From Eledone cirrhosa (taxonomy: Eukaryota): 64,000 nucleotides of DNA. This document shows, piece by piece, positions 1 through 12,499 of this stretch. Both the position numbers and the translations under genes were made by a program. Every line of letters starts with the position of its first letter. Position 1 is the stretch's first letter. The notes beneath the pieces were generated by a model that saw only the letters and a program-made list of their open reading frames with translations, had not been told where the DNA came from and did not search any database. Location of the stretch: positions 138,694,001-138,758,000 of the forward strand of contig OZ024743.1 of assembly GCA_964016885.1 (NCBI GenBank), written 5' to 3'.

Positions 1-3000
1 TTGGTGCTTGGTGCTTGGTGTTAGGTGTTTGGTGCTTGGTGATTGGTTTTTGGTGCTTGGTGCTTGGTGTTTGGTGTTTGGTGCTTGCTGCTGGCTGCTT
101 GGTGTTTGATGCTTGGTGATTGGTGCTTGGTGTTTGGGGCTTGGTGTTTGGTGTTTGGTGCTAGGTGCTTGGTGTTAGGTGTTTGGTGCTTGGTGCTTGG
201 TGTTTGGTGTTTGGTGCTTGGTGTTTGGTGTTTGGTGTTTGGTGCTTGGTGTTTGGTGTTTGGTGCTTGGTGTTTGGTGCTTGGTATTTGGTACTTGGTG
301 CTTGGTGTTAGGTGTTTGGTGCTTGGTGCTTGGTGTTTGGTTTTTGGTGCTTGGTGCTTGGTGTTTGGTGTTTGGTGCTTGCTGCTGGCTGCTTGGTGTT
401 TGGTGCTTGGTGATTGGTGCTTGGTGTTTGGTGCTAGGTGCTTGGTGCTTGGTGTTTGGTGCTTGGTGCTTGGTGTTTGGTGCTTGGTGCTTGGTGTTTG
501 GTGCTTGGTGCTGGGTGGTTGGTGTTTGGTGCTTGGTGTTTGGTGCTTGGTGCTTGGTCTTTGGGGCTTGGTGTTTGGTGTTTGGTGCTTGGTGCTTGGT
601 GCTTGGTGTTTGGTGCTTGGTGCTTGGTGTTTAGTGCTTGGTGCTTAGTGTTTGGTGCTAGGTGCTTGGGGTTTGGTTCTTGGTTCTTGGTGTTAGGTAT
701 TTGCTGTTTGCTGTTTGGTGTTTGTTGTTTGGTGTTTGTTGTTTGGTGTTTGCTGTTTGGTGTTTGGTGTTTGCTGTTTCGTGTCTGCTTTTTGGTGTTT
801 GGTGTTTGCTGTATGTTGTTTGGTGTTTGGTGTTTGGTGTTTGGTGTTTGGTGCTTGGTGCTTGGTGCTTGGTGTTTGGTGCTTGGTGCTTGGTGTTTGG
901 TGCCTGGTGCTTGGTGCTTGGTGTTTGGTGTTTGATGCTTGGTGCTTGGTGCTTGGTGCTTGGTGTTTTGTGTTTGGGGTTTGGTTTTTGGTGCTTGGTG
1001 CTTGGTGCTTGGTCCTTGGTGTTTGGTGCTGGGTGCTTTGTGTTTGGTGCTTGGTGTTTGGTGTTTGCTGCTTGGTGTTTGATGCTTGGTGCTTGGTGCT
1101 TGGTGTTTTGTGTTTGGTGCTTGGTGCTTGGTGTTTGGTGCTTGGTGCTTGGTGTTTGTACTTGGTGCTTGGTGCTTGGTGTTTGGTTCTTGGTTCTTGG
1201 TGTTTGGTACTTGGTGCTTGGTGCTTGGTGCTTGGTGTTTCGTGTTTGGTGCTTGGTGTTTGGTGCTTGGTGCTTGGTGCTTGGTGCTTGGTGCTTGGTG
1301 TTTGGTGCTTGGTGTTTGGTGTTTGCTGTTTGGTGTTTGGTGTTTGGTGTTTGGTGTTTGCTGTTTGGTGTCTGCTTTTTGGTGTTTAGTGTTTGCTGTA
1401 TGGTGTTTGCTGTTTCGTGTTTGGTGTTTGTTGTTTGGAGTTTTGTCTTTGGTGCTTGGTGTTTGGTGCTTGGTGCTTGGTGCTTGGTGTTTGGTGTTTG
1501 GTGCTTGGTGCTTGGTGTTTGGTGTTTGTTGTTTGGTGCTTGGTGTCTGGTGCTTGGTGTTTGGTGTTTGGTGCTTGGTGTTTGGTGTTCGGTGTTTGGT
1601 GCTTTGTGCTTGGTGTTTGGTGTTCGGTGTTTGGTGCTTGGTGTTTGGTGTTTGGTGCTTTTTGCTTGGTGCTTGGTGCTTGGTGTTTGGTGCTTGGTGT
1701 TTGGTGCTGGGTGCTTGGTGCTTGGTGTTTGGTGTTTGGTGCTTGGTGCTTGGTGTTTGGTGTTTGGTGTTATATGCTTGGTGTTTGATGCTTGGTGCTT
1801 GTTGCTTGGTGTTTGGTGTTTGGCGTTTGATGATTGGTGCTTGGTGCTTGGTGTTTGGTGCTTGGTGCTTGGTGTTTGTACTTGGTGCTTGGTGCTTGGT
1901 GCTTGGTGTTTGGTGCTTGGTGTTTGGTGCTTGGTGCTTGGTGCTTGGTGCTTGGTGTTTGGTGGTTGGTGTTTGGTGCTTGGTGTTAGGTGTTTGGTGC
2001 TTGGTGCTTGGTGTTTGGTGTTTGGTGCTTGGTGTTTGGTGTTTGGTGCTTGGTGTTTGGTGCTTGGTACTTGGTGCTTGGTGCTAGGTGTTTGGTGCTT
2101 GGAGCATGGTGCTTGGTGTTTGGTGCTTGGTGCTTGGTGCTTGGTGCTTGGTGTTTGGTGGTTGGTGTTTGCTGCTTGGTGTTAGGTGTTTGGTGCTTGG
2201 TGCTTGGTGTTTGGTGTTTGGTGCTTGGTGTTTGGTGTTTGGTGCTTGGTGTTTGGTGCTTTTTGCTTGGTGCTTGGTGCTTGGTGTTTGGTGCTTGGTG
2301 TTTGGTGCTGGGTGCTTGGTGCTTGGTGTTTGGTGTTTGGTGCTTGGTTCTTGGTGTTTGGTATTTGGTGTTATATGCTTGATGTTTGATCCTTGGTGCT
2401 TGGTGCTTGGTGTTTGGTGTTTGGTGCTTGGTGTTTGATGCTTGGTGCTTGGTGCTTGGTGTTTGGTGCTTGGTGCTTGGTGTTTGGTGCTTGGTGCTTG
2501 GTGCTTGCTGTTTGGTGCTTGGTGTTTGGTGCTTGGTGCTTGGTGCTTGGTGCTTGCTGTTTGGTGGTTGGTGCTTGGTGCTTGGTGTTAGGTGTTTGGT
2601 GCTTGGTGCTTGGTGTTTGGTGTTTGGTGCTTGGTGTTTGGTGTTTGGTGCTTGGTGTTTGGTGCTTGGTACTTGGTGCTTGGTGCTTGGTGTTAGGTGT
2701 TTGGTGCTTGGTGCTTGGTGTCTGGTTTTTGGTGCTTGGTGCTTGGTGTTTGGTGTTTGGTGCTTGCTGCTGGCTGCTTGGTGTTTGGTGCTTGGTGATT
2801 GCTGCTTGGTGTTTGGTGCTTGGTGTTTGGTGTTTGGTGCTAGGTGCTTGGTGTTTTGTGCTTGCTGCTTGGTGTTTGTACTTGGTGCTTGGTGCTTGGT
2901 TCTTGGTGTTTGGTGCTTGGTGCTTGGTGTTTGGTGCTTGGTGCTTGGTGTTTGGTGCTTGGTGATTGGTGCTTGGTGCTTGGTGCTTGGTGCTTGGTGT

Positions 3001-6000
3001 TTGGTGCTTGGTGTTTGGTGCTTGGTGTTAGGTGTTTGTTGCTTGGTGCTTGGTCTTTGGTGTTTGGTGCTGGGTGTTTGGTGTTTGGTGTTATATGCTT
3101 GGTGTTTGATGCTTGGTGCTTGGTGCTTGGTGTTTGGTGCTTGGTGCTTGGTGTTTGTACTTGGTGCTTGGTGCTTGGTTCTTGGTGTTTGGTGATTGGT
3201 GCTTGGTGTTTGGTGCTTGGTGCTTAGTGTTTGGTGCTTGGTGTTTGGTGCTTGGTGTTTGGTGCTTGGTGCTTGGTGCTTGGTGCTTGGTGTTTGGTGC
3301 TTGGTGTTTGGTGCTTGGTGTTAGGTGTTTGGTGCTTGGTGTTTGGTGTTTGGTGCTTGGTGTTTGGTGCTTGGTGCTTGGTGTTTGGTGTTTGGTGCTT
3401 GGTGTTTGGTGCTTGGTACTTGGTGCTTGGTGCTTGGTGTTAGGTGTTTGGTGCTTGGTGCTTGGTGTTTGGTTTTTGGTGCTTGGTGTTTGGTGTTTGG
3501 TGCTTGCTGCTGGCTGTTTGGTGTTTGATGCTTGGTGATTGGTGCTTGGTGTTTGGTGCTTGGTGTTTGGTGTTTGGTGCTAGGTGCTTGGTGTTTGGTG
3601 CTTGGTGCTGGGTGGTTGGTGTTTAGTGTCTGGTGTTTGGTGCTGGGTGCTTGGTGTTTGCTGCTTGGTGCTTGGTCTTTGGTGCTTGGTGTTTGGTGTT
3701 TGGTGCTTGGTGCTTGGTGCTTGGTGTTTGGTGCTTGGTGCTTGGTGTTTGGTGCTTGGTGTTTAGTGTTTGGTGCTTGGTGCTTAGTGTTTGGTGCTAG
3801 GTGCTTGGTGTTTGGTGCTTGGTGTTTAGGTGCCTGGTGCTTGGTGTTTGGTGTTTGGTGTTTGGTGCTTGGTGCTTGGTGTTTGGTGTTTGCTGTTTGC
3901 TGTTTGGTGTTTGTTGTTTGGTGTTTGTTGTTTGGTGTTTGCTGTTTGGTGTTTGGTGTTTGCTTTTTGGTGTTTAGTGTTTGCTGTATGTTGTTTGCTG
4001 TTTGGTGTTTGGTGTTTGGTGTTTGGTGTTTGGTGCTTGTTCCTTGGTGTTTGGTGCTTGGTGTTTGGTGCCTGGTGCTTGGTGCTTGGTGCTTGGTGTT
4101 TGGTGCTTGGTGCTTGGTGTTTGTACTTGGTGCTTGGTGCTCGGTTCTTGGTGTTTGGTGCTTGGTGTTTGGTGCTTGGTGTTTGGTGCTTGGTGTTTGG
4201 TGTTAGGTGTTTGATGCTTGGTGTTTGGTGTATGGTGCTTGGTGTTTGGTGCTTGGTGCTTGGTGTTTGGTGTTTGGTGCTTGGTGTTTGGTGCTTGGTA
4301 CTTGGTGCTTGGTGCTTGGTGTTAGGTGTTTGGTGCTTGGTGATTGGTTTTTGGTGCTTGGTGCTTGGTGTTTGGTGTTTGGTGCTTGCTGCTGGCTGCT
4401 TGGTGTTTGATGCTTGGTGATTGGTGCTTGGTGTTTGGTGCTTGGTGTTTGGTGTTTGGTGCTAGGTGCTTGGTGTTAGGTGTTTGGTGCTTGGTGCTTG
4501 GTGTTTGGTGTTTGGTGCTTGGTGTTTGGTGTTTGGTGTTTGGTGCTTGGTGTTTGGTGTTTGGTGCTTGGTGTTTGGTGCTTGGTATTTGGTACTTGGT
4601 GCTTGGTGTTAGGTGTTTGGTGCTTGGTGCTTGGTGTTTGGTTTTTGGTGCTTGGTGCTTGGTGTTTGGTGTTTGGTGCTTGCTGCTGGCTGCTTGGTGT
4701 TTGGTGCTTGGTGATTGGTGCTTGGTGTTTGGTGCTAGGTGCTTGGTGCTTGGTGTTTGGTGCTTGGTGCTTGGTGTTTGGTGCTTGGTGCTTGGTGTTT
4801 GGTGCTTGGTGCTTGGTGCTTGGTGTTTGGTGCTTGGTGCTTGGTGTTTAGTGCTTGGTGCTTAGTGTTTGGTGCTAGGTGCTTGGGGTTTGGTTCTTGG
4901 TTCTTGGTGTTAGGTATTTGCTGTTTGCTGTTTGGTGTTTGTTGTTTGGTGTTTGTTGTTTGGTGTTTGCTGTTTGGTGTTTGGTGTTTGCTGTTTCGTG
5001 TCTGCTTTTTGGTGTTTGGTGTTTGCTGTATGTTGTTTGGTGTTTGGTGTTTGGTGTTTGGTGTTTGGTGCTTGGTGCTTGGTGCTTGGTGCTTGCTGTT
5101 TGGTGCTTGGTGTTTGGTGCTTGGTGCTTGCTGTTAGGTGTTTGGTGTTTGGTTCTTGGTGCTTGGTGTTTGGTGTTTGGTGTCTGGTGCTTGGTGCTTG
5201 GTGCTTGGTGTTTGGTGCCTGGTGCTTGGTGCTTGGTGTTTGGTGTTTGATGCTTGGTGCTTGGTGCTTGGTGCTTGGTGTTTTGTGTTTGGTGTTTGGT
5301 TTTTGGTGCTTGGTGCTTGGTGCTTGGTCCTTGGTGTTTGGTGCTGGGTGCTTTGTGTTTGGTGCTTGGTGTTTGGTGTTTGCTGCTTGGTGTTTGATGC
5401 TTGGTGCTTGGTGCTTGGTGTTTTGTGTTTGGTGCTTGGTGCTTGGTGTTTGGTGCTTGGTGCTTGGTGTTTGTACTTGGTGCTTGGTGCTTGGTGTTTG
5501 GTTCTTGGTTCTTGGTGTTTGGTACTTGGTGCTTGGTGCTTGGTGCTTGGTATTTCGTGTTTGGTGCTTGGTGTTTGGTGCTTGGTGCTTGGTGCTTGGT
5601 GCTTGGTGCTTGGTGTTTGGTGCTTGGTGTTTGGTGTTTGCTGCTTGGTGTTTGGTGTTTGGTGTTTGGTGTTTGCTGTTTGGTGTCTGCTTTTTGGTGT
5701 TTAGTGTTTGCTGTATGGTGTTTGCTGTTTCGTGTTTGGTGTTTGTTGTTTGGAGTTTGGTCTTTGGTGCTTGGTGTTTGGTGCTTGGTGCTTGGTGCTT
5801 GGTGTTTGGTGTTTGGTGCTTGGTGCTTGGTGTTTGGTGTTTGTTGTTTGGTGCTTGGTGTCTGGTGCTTGGTGTTTGGTGTTTGGTGCTTGGTGTTTGG
5901 TGTTCGGTGTTTGGTGCTTTGTGCTTGGTGTTTGGTGTTCGGTGTTTGGTGCTTGGTGTTTGGTGTTTGGTGCTTTTTGCTTGGTGCTTGGTGCTTGGTG

Positions 6001-9000
6001 TTTGGTACTTGGTGTTTGGTGCTGGGTGCTTGGTGCTTGGTGTTTGGTGTTTGGTGCTTGGTGCTTGGTGTTTGGTGTTTGGTGTTATATGCTTGGTGTT
6101 TGATGCTTGGTGCTTGGTGCTTGGTGCTTGGTGTTTGGCGTTTGATGATTGGTGCTTGGTGCTTGGTGTTTGGTGCTTGGTGCTTGGTGTTTGTACTTGG
6201 TGCTTGGTGCTTGGTGCTTGGTGCTTGGTGTTTGGTGGTTGGTGTTTGGTGCTTGGTGTTAGGTGTTTGGTGCTTGGTGCTTGGTGTTTGGTGTTTGGTG
6301 CTTGGTGTTTGGTGCTTGGTGTTAGGTGTTTGTTGCTTGGTGCTTGGTCTTTGGTGTTTGGTGCTGGGTGTTTGGTGTTTGGTGTTATATGCTTGGTGTT
6401 TGATGCTTGGTGCTTGGTGCTTGGTGTTTGGTGCTTGGTGCTTGGTGTTTGTACTTGGTGCTTGGTGCTTGGTTCTTGGTGTTTGGTGATTGGTGCTTGG
6501 TGTTTGGTGCTTGGTGCTTAGTGTTTGGTGCTTGGTGTTTGGTGCTTGGTGTTTGGTGCTTGGTGCTTGGTGCTTGGTGCTTGGTGTTTGGTGCTTGGTG
6601 TTTGGTGCTTGGTGTTTGGTGCTTGGTGCTTGGTGCTTGGTGTTTAGTGTTTGGTGGTTGGTGTTTGGTGTTTGGTGTTAGGTGTTTGGTGCTTGGTGTT
6701 TGGTGTTTGGTGCTTGGTGTTTGGTGCTTGGTGCTTGGTGTTTGGTGTTTGGTGCTTGGTGTTTGGTGCTTGGTACTTGGTGCTTGGTGCTTGGTGTTAG
6801 GTGTTTGGTGCTTGGTGCTTGGTGTTTGGTTTTTGGTGCTTGGTGTTTGGTGTTTGGTGCTTGCTGCTGGCTGTTTGGTGTTTGATGCTTGGTGATTGGT
6901 GCTTGGTGTTTGGTGCTTGGTGTTTGGTGTTTGGTGCTAGGTGCTTGGTGTTTGGTGCTTGGTGCTGGGTGGTTGGTGTTAAGTGTTTGGTGTTTGGTGC
7001 TGGGTGCTTGGTGTTTGCTGCTTGGTGCTTGGTCTTTGGTGCTTGGTGTTTGGTGTTTGGTGCTTGGTGCTTGGTGCTTGGTGTTTGGTGCTTGGTGCTT
7101 GGTGTTTGGTGCTTGGTGTTTAGTGTTTGGTGCTTGGTGCTTAGTGTTTGGTGCTAGGTGCTTGGTGTTTGGTGCTTGGTGTTTAGGTGCCTGGTGCTTG
7201 GTGTTTGGTGTTTGGTGTTTGGTGCTTGGTGCTTGGTGTTTGGTGTTTGCTGTTTGCTGTTTGGTGTTTGTTGTTTGGTGTTTGTTGTTTGGTGTTTGCT
7301 GTTTGGTGTTTGGTGTTTGCTTTTTGGTGTTTAGTGTTTGCTGTATGTTGTTTGCTGTTTGGTGTTTGGTGTTTGGTGTTTGGTGTTTGGTGCTTGTTCC
7401 TTGGTATTTGGTGCTTGGTGTTTGGTGCCTGGTGCTTGGTGCTTGGTGCTTGGTGTTTGGTGCTTGGTGCTTGGTGTTTGTACTTGGTGCTTGGTGCTCG
7501 CTTCTTGGTGTTTGGTGCTTGGTGCTTGGTGTTTGGTGCTTGGTGCTTGGTGTTTGGTGCTTGGTGTTTGGTGCTTGGTGTTTGGTGCTTGGTGCTTGGT
7601 GCTTGGTGCTTGGTGTTTGGAGCTTGGTGTTTGGTGCTTGGTGTTAGGTGTTTGGTGCTTGGTGCTTGGTGTTTGGTGCTTGGTGTTTGGTGCTTGGTGT
7701 TTGGTGTTAGGTGTTTGATGCTTGGTGTTTGGTGTTTGGTGCTTGGTGTTTGGTGCTTGGTGCTTGGTGTTTGGTGTTTGGTGCTTGGTGTTTGGTGCTT
7801 GGTACTTGGTGCTTGGTGCTTGGTGTTAGGTGTTTGGTGCTTGGTGATTGGTTTTTGGTGCTTGGTGCTTGGTGTTTGGTGTTTGGTGCTTGCTGCTGGC
7901 TGCTTGGTGTTTGATGCTTGGTGATTGGTGCTTGGTGTTTGGTGCTTGGTGTTTGGTGTTTGGTGCTAGGTGCTTGGTGTTAGGTGTTTGGTGCTTGGTG
8001 CTTGGTGTTTGGTGTTTGGTGCTTGGTGTTTGGTGTTTGGTGTTTGGTGCTTGGTGTTTGGTGTTTGGTGCTTGGTGTTTGGTGCTTGGTATTTGGTACT
8101 TGGTGCTTGGTGTTAGGTGTTTGGTGCTTGGTGCTTGGTGTTTGGTTTTTGGTGCTTGGTGCTTGGTGTTTGGTGTTTGGTGCTTGCTGCTGGCTGCTTG
8201 GTGTTTGGTGCTTGGTGATTGGTGCTTGGTGTTTGGTGCTAGGTGCTTGGTGCTTGGTGTTTGGTGCTTGGTGCTTGGTGTTTGGTGCTTGGTGCTTGGT
8301 GTTTGGTGCTTGGTGCTTGGTGCTTGGTGTTTGGTGCTTGGTGCTTGGTGTTTAGTGCTTGGTGCTTAGTGTTTGGTGCTAGGTGCTTGGGGTTTGGTTC
8401 TTGGTTCTTGGTGTTAGGTATTTGCTGTTTGCTGTTTGGTGTTTGTTGTTTGGTGTTTGTTGTTTGGTGTTTGCTGTTTGGTGTTTGGTGTTTGCTGTTT
8501 CGTGTCTGCTTTTTGGTGTTTGGTGTTTGCTGTATGTTGTTTGGTGTTTGGTGTTTGGTGTTTGGTGTTTGGTGCTTGGTGCTTGGTGCTTGGTGCTTGC
8601 TGTTTGGTGCTTGGTGTTTGGTGCTTGGTGCTTGCTGTTAGGTGTTTGGTGTTTGGTTCTTGGTGCTTGGTGTTTGGTGTTTGGTGTCTGGTGCTTGGTG
8701 CTTGGTGCTTGGTGTTTGGTGCCTGGTGCTTGGTGCTTGGTGTTTGGTGTTTGATGCTTGGTGCTTGGTGCTTGGTGCTTGGTGTTTTGTGTTTGGTGTT
8801 TGGTTTTTGGTGCTTGGTGCTTGGTGCTTGGTCCTTGGTGTTTGGTGCTGGGTGCTTTGTGTTTGGTGCTTGGTGTTTGGTGTTTGCTGCTTGGTGTTTG
8901 ATGCTTGGTGCTTGGTGCTTGGTGTTTTGTGTTTGGTGCTTGGTGCTTGGTGTTTGGTGCTTGGTGCTTGGTGTTTGTACTTGGTGCTTGGTGCTTGGTG

Positions 9001-11780
9001 TTTGGTTCTTGGTTCTTGGTGTTTGGTACTTGGTGCTTGGTGCTTGGTGCTTGGTATTTCGTGTTTGGTGCTTGGTGTTTGGTGCTTGGTGCTTGGTGCT
9101 TGGTGCTTGGTGCTTGGTGTTTGGTGCTTGGTGTTTGGTGTTTGCTGCTTGGTGTTTGGTGTTTGGTGTTTGGTGTTTGCTGTTTGGTGTCTGCTTTTTG
9201 GTGTTTAGTGTTTCCTGTATGGTGTTTGCTGTTTCGTGTTTGGTGTTTGTTGTTTGGAGTTTGGTCTTTGGTGCTTGGTGTTTGGTGCTTGGTGCTTGGT
9301 GCTTGGTGTTTGGTGTTTGGTGCTTGGTGCTTGGTGTTTGGTGTTTGTTGTTTGGTGCTTGGTGTCTGGTGCTTGGTGTTTGGTGTTTGGTGCTTGGTGT
9401 TTGGTGTTCGGTGTTTGGTGCTTTGTGCTTGGTGTTTGGTGTTCGGTGTTTGGTGCTTGGTGTTTGGTGTTTGGTGCTTTTTGCTTGGTGCTTGGTGCTT
9501 GGTGTTTGGTGCTTGGTGTTTGGTGCTGGGTGCTTGGTGCTTGGTGTTTGGTGTTTGGTGCTTGGTGCTTGGTGTTTGGTGTTTGGTGTTATATGCTTGG
9601 TGTTTGATGCTTGGTGCTTGGTGCTTGGTGCTTGGTGTTTGGCGTTTGATGATTGGTGCTTGGTGCGTGGTGTTTGGTGCTTGGTGCTTGGTGTTTGTAC
9701 TTGGTGCTTGGTGCTTGGTGCTTGGTGCTTGGTGTTTGGTGGTTGGTGTTTGGTGCTTGGTGTTAGGTGTTGGTGCTTGGTGCTTGGTGTTTGGTGTTTG
9801 GTGCTTGGTGTTTGGTGTTTGGTGCTTGGTGTTTGGTGCTTGGTACTTGGTGCTTGGTGCTAGGTGTTTGGTGCTTGGAGCATGGTGCTTGGTGTTTGGT
9901 GCTTGGTGTTTGGTGCTTGGTGCTTGGTGCTTGGTGCTTGGTGTTTGGTGGTTGGTGTTTGGTGCTTGGTGTTAGGTGTTTGGTGCTTGGTGCTTGGTGT
10001 TTGGTGTTTGGTGCTTGGTGTTTGGTGTTTGGTGCTTGGTGTTTGGTGCTTTTTGCTTGGTGCTTGGTGCTTGGTGTTTGGTGCTTGGTGTTTGGTGCTG
10101 GGTGCTTGGTGCTTGGTGTTTGGTGTTTGGTGCTTGGTGCTTGGGGTTTGGTATTTGGTGTTATATGCTTGATGTTTGATCCTTGGTGCTTGGTGCTTGG
10201 TGTTTGGTGTTTGGTGGTTGGTGTTTGATGCTTGGTGCTTGGTGCTTGGTGTTTGGTGCTTGGTGCTTGGTGTTTGGTGCTTGGTGCTTGGTGCTTGCTG
10301 TCTGGTGCTTGGTGTTTGGTGCTTGGTGCTTGGTGCTTGGTGCTTGCTGTTTGGTGGTTGGTGCTTGGTGCTTGGTGTTAGGTGTTTGGTGCTTGGTGCT
10401 TGGTGTTTGGTGTTTGGTGCTTGGTGTTTGGTGTTTGGTGCTTGGTGTTTGGTGCTTGGTACGTGGTGCTTGGTGCTTGGTGTTAGGTGTTTGGTGCTTG
10501 GTGCTTGGTGTCTGGTTTTTGGTGCTTGGTGCTTGGTGTTTGGTGTTTGGTGCTTGCTGCTGGCTGCTTGGTGTTTGGTGCTTGGTGATTGCTGCTTGGT
10601 GTTTGGTGCTTGGTGTTTGGTGTTTGGTGCTAGGTGCTTGGTGTTTGGTGCTTGCTGCTTGGTGTTTGTACTTGGTGCTTGGTGCTTGGTTCTTGGTGTT
10701 TGGTGCTTGGTGCTTGGTGTTTGGTGCTTGGTGCTTGGTGTTTGGTGCTTGGTGATTGGTGCTTGGTGCTTGGTGCTTGGTGCTTGGTGTTTGGTGCTTG
10801 GTGTTTGGTGCTTGGTGTTAGGTGTTTGTTGCTTGGTGCTTGGTCTTTGGTGTTTGGTGCTTGGTGTTTGGTGTTTGGTGTTATATGCTTGGTGTTTGAT
10901 GCTTGGTGCTTGGTGCTTGGTGTTTGGTGCTTGGTGTTTGATGCTTGTGCTTGGTGCTTGGTGTTTGGTGCTTGGTGCTTGGTGTTTGTACTTGGTGCTT
11001 CGTGCTTGGTTCTTGGTGTTTGGTGCTTGGTGGTTGGTGTTTGGTGCTTGGTGCTTGGTGTTTGGTGCTTGGTGTTTGGTGCTTGGTGTTTGGTGCTTGG
11101 TGCTTGGTGCTTGGTGCTTGGTGTTTGGTGCTTGGTGTTTGGTGCTTGGTGTTTGGTGCTTGGTGCTTGGTGCTTGGTGTTTGGTGTATGGTGGTTGGTG
11201 TTTGGTGTTTGGTGTTAGGTGTTTGGTGCTTGGTGTTTGGTGTTTGGTGCTTGGTGTTTGGTGCTTGGTGCTTGGTGTTTGGTGTTTGGTGCTTGGTGTT
11301 TGGTGCTTGGTACTTGGTGCTTGGTGCTTGGTGTTAGGTGTTTGGTGCTTGGTGCTTGGTGTTTGCTGCTTGGTGCTTGGTCTTTGGTGCTTGGTGTTTG
11401 GTGTTTGGTGCTTGGTGCTTGGTGCTTGGTGTTTGGTGCTTGGTGCTTGGTGTTTGGTGCTTGGTGTTTAGTGTTTGGTGCTTGGTGCTTAGTGTTTGGT
11501 GCTAGGTGCTTGGTGTTTGGTGCTTGGTGTTTAGGTGCCTGGTGCTTGGTGTTTGGTGTTTGGTGTTTGGTGCTTGGTGCTTGGTGTTTGGTGTTTGCTG
11601 TTTGCTGTTTGGTGTTTGTTGTTTGGTGTTTGTTGTTTGGTGTTTGCTGTTTGGTGTTTGGTGTTTGCTTTTTGGTGTTTAGTGTTTGCTGTATGTTGTT
11701 TGCTGTTTGGTGTTTGGTGTTTGGTGTTTGGTGTTTGGTGCTTGTTCCTTGGTGTTTGGTGCTTGGTGTTTGGTGCCTGG
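1..11780 (+). repeat. Longer-range duplication, ~1-4100 repeated at ~7800-11780 (offset ~7.8 kb)
   Basis: ORF offsets 43/7848 (7805), 2386/10176 and 2844/10634 (7790). The private markers ggagcatgg (~2101, ~9877) and gatgtttgatcc (~2381, ~10171) were seen only at these paired sites. Confidence 0.85.
2990..9770 (+). repeat. Higher-order tandem duplication, period ~3.3-3.5 kb
   Basis: Matching ORF starts recur at a constant 3504-bp offset (4207/7711, 4344/7848, 4480/7984, 4879/8383, 5138/8642, 5401/8905). The upstream part matches at 3294-3357 (3113/6407, 3830/7187). Confidence 0.9.
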
Positions 11781-12499
11781 TGCTTGGTTCTTGGTGCTTG
11801 GTGTTTGGTGTTTGGTGCTTGGTGCTTGGTGCTTGGAGTTTGGTGTTTGGTGCTTGGTGCTTGGTGTTTTGTGTTTCGTGTTTGGTTTTTGGTGCTTGGT
11901 GCTTGGTGCTTGGTCCTTGGTGTTTGGTGCTGGGTGCTTTGTGTTTGGTGCTTGGTGCTTGGTGCTTGGTGTTTGGTGTTTGCTGCTTGGTGTTTGATGC
12001 TTGGTGCTTGGTGCTTGGTGTTTTGTGTTTGGTGCTTGGTGCTTGGTGTTTGGTGTTTGGTGCTTGGTGCTTGGTGCTTGGTGTTTGTACTTGGTGCTTG
12101 GTGCTTGGTGTTTGGTTCTTGGTTCTTGATGTTTGGTGTTTGGCGTTTGGTGTTTGGTGCTTGGTGCTTGGTGTTTGGTGCCTGGTGCTTGGTGCTTGGT
12201 GCTTGGAGTTTGGTGTTTGGTGTTTGGTTTTTGGTGCTGGGTGCTTGGGCCTTGGTGTTTGGTGCTGGGTGCTTTGTGTTTGGTGCTTGGTGCTTGGTGT
12301 TTGGTGTTTGCTGCTTGGTGTTTGATGCTTGGTGCTTGGTGCTTGGTGTTTTGTGTTTGGTGCTTGGTTCTTGGTGTTTGGTGCTTGGTGCTTGGTGCTT
12401 GGTGTTTGTACTTGGTGTTTGCTGTTTGGTGTTTGGTGTTTGGTGTTTGGTGTTTGCTGTTTGGTGTCTGCTTTTTGGTGTTTAGTGTTTGCTGTATGG

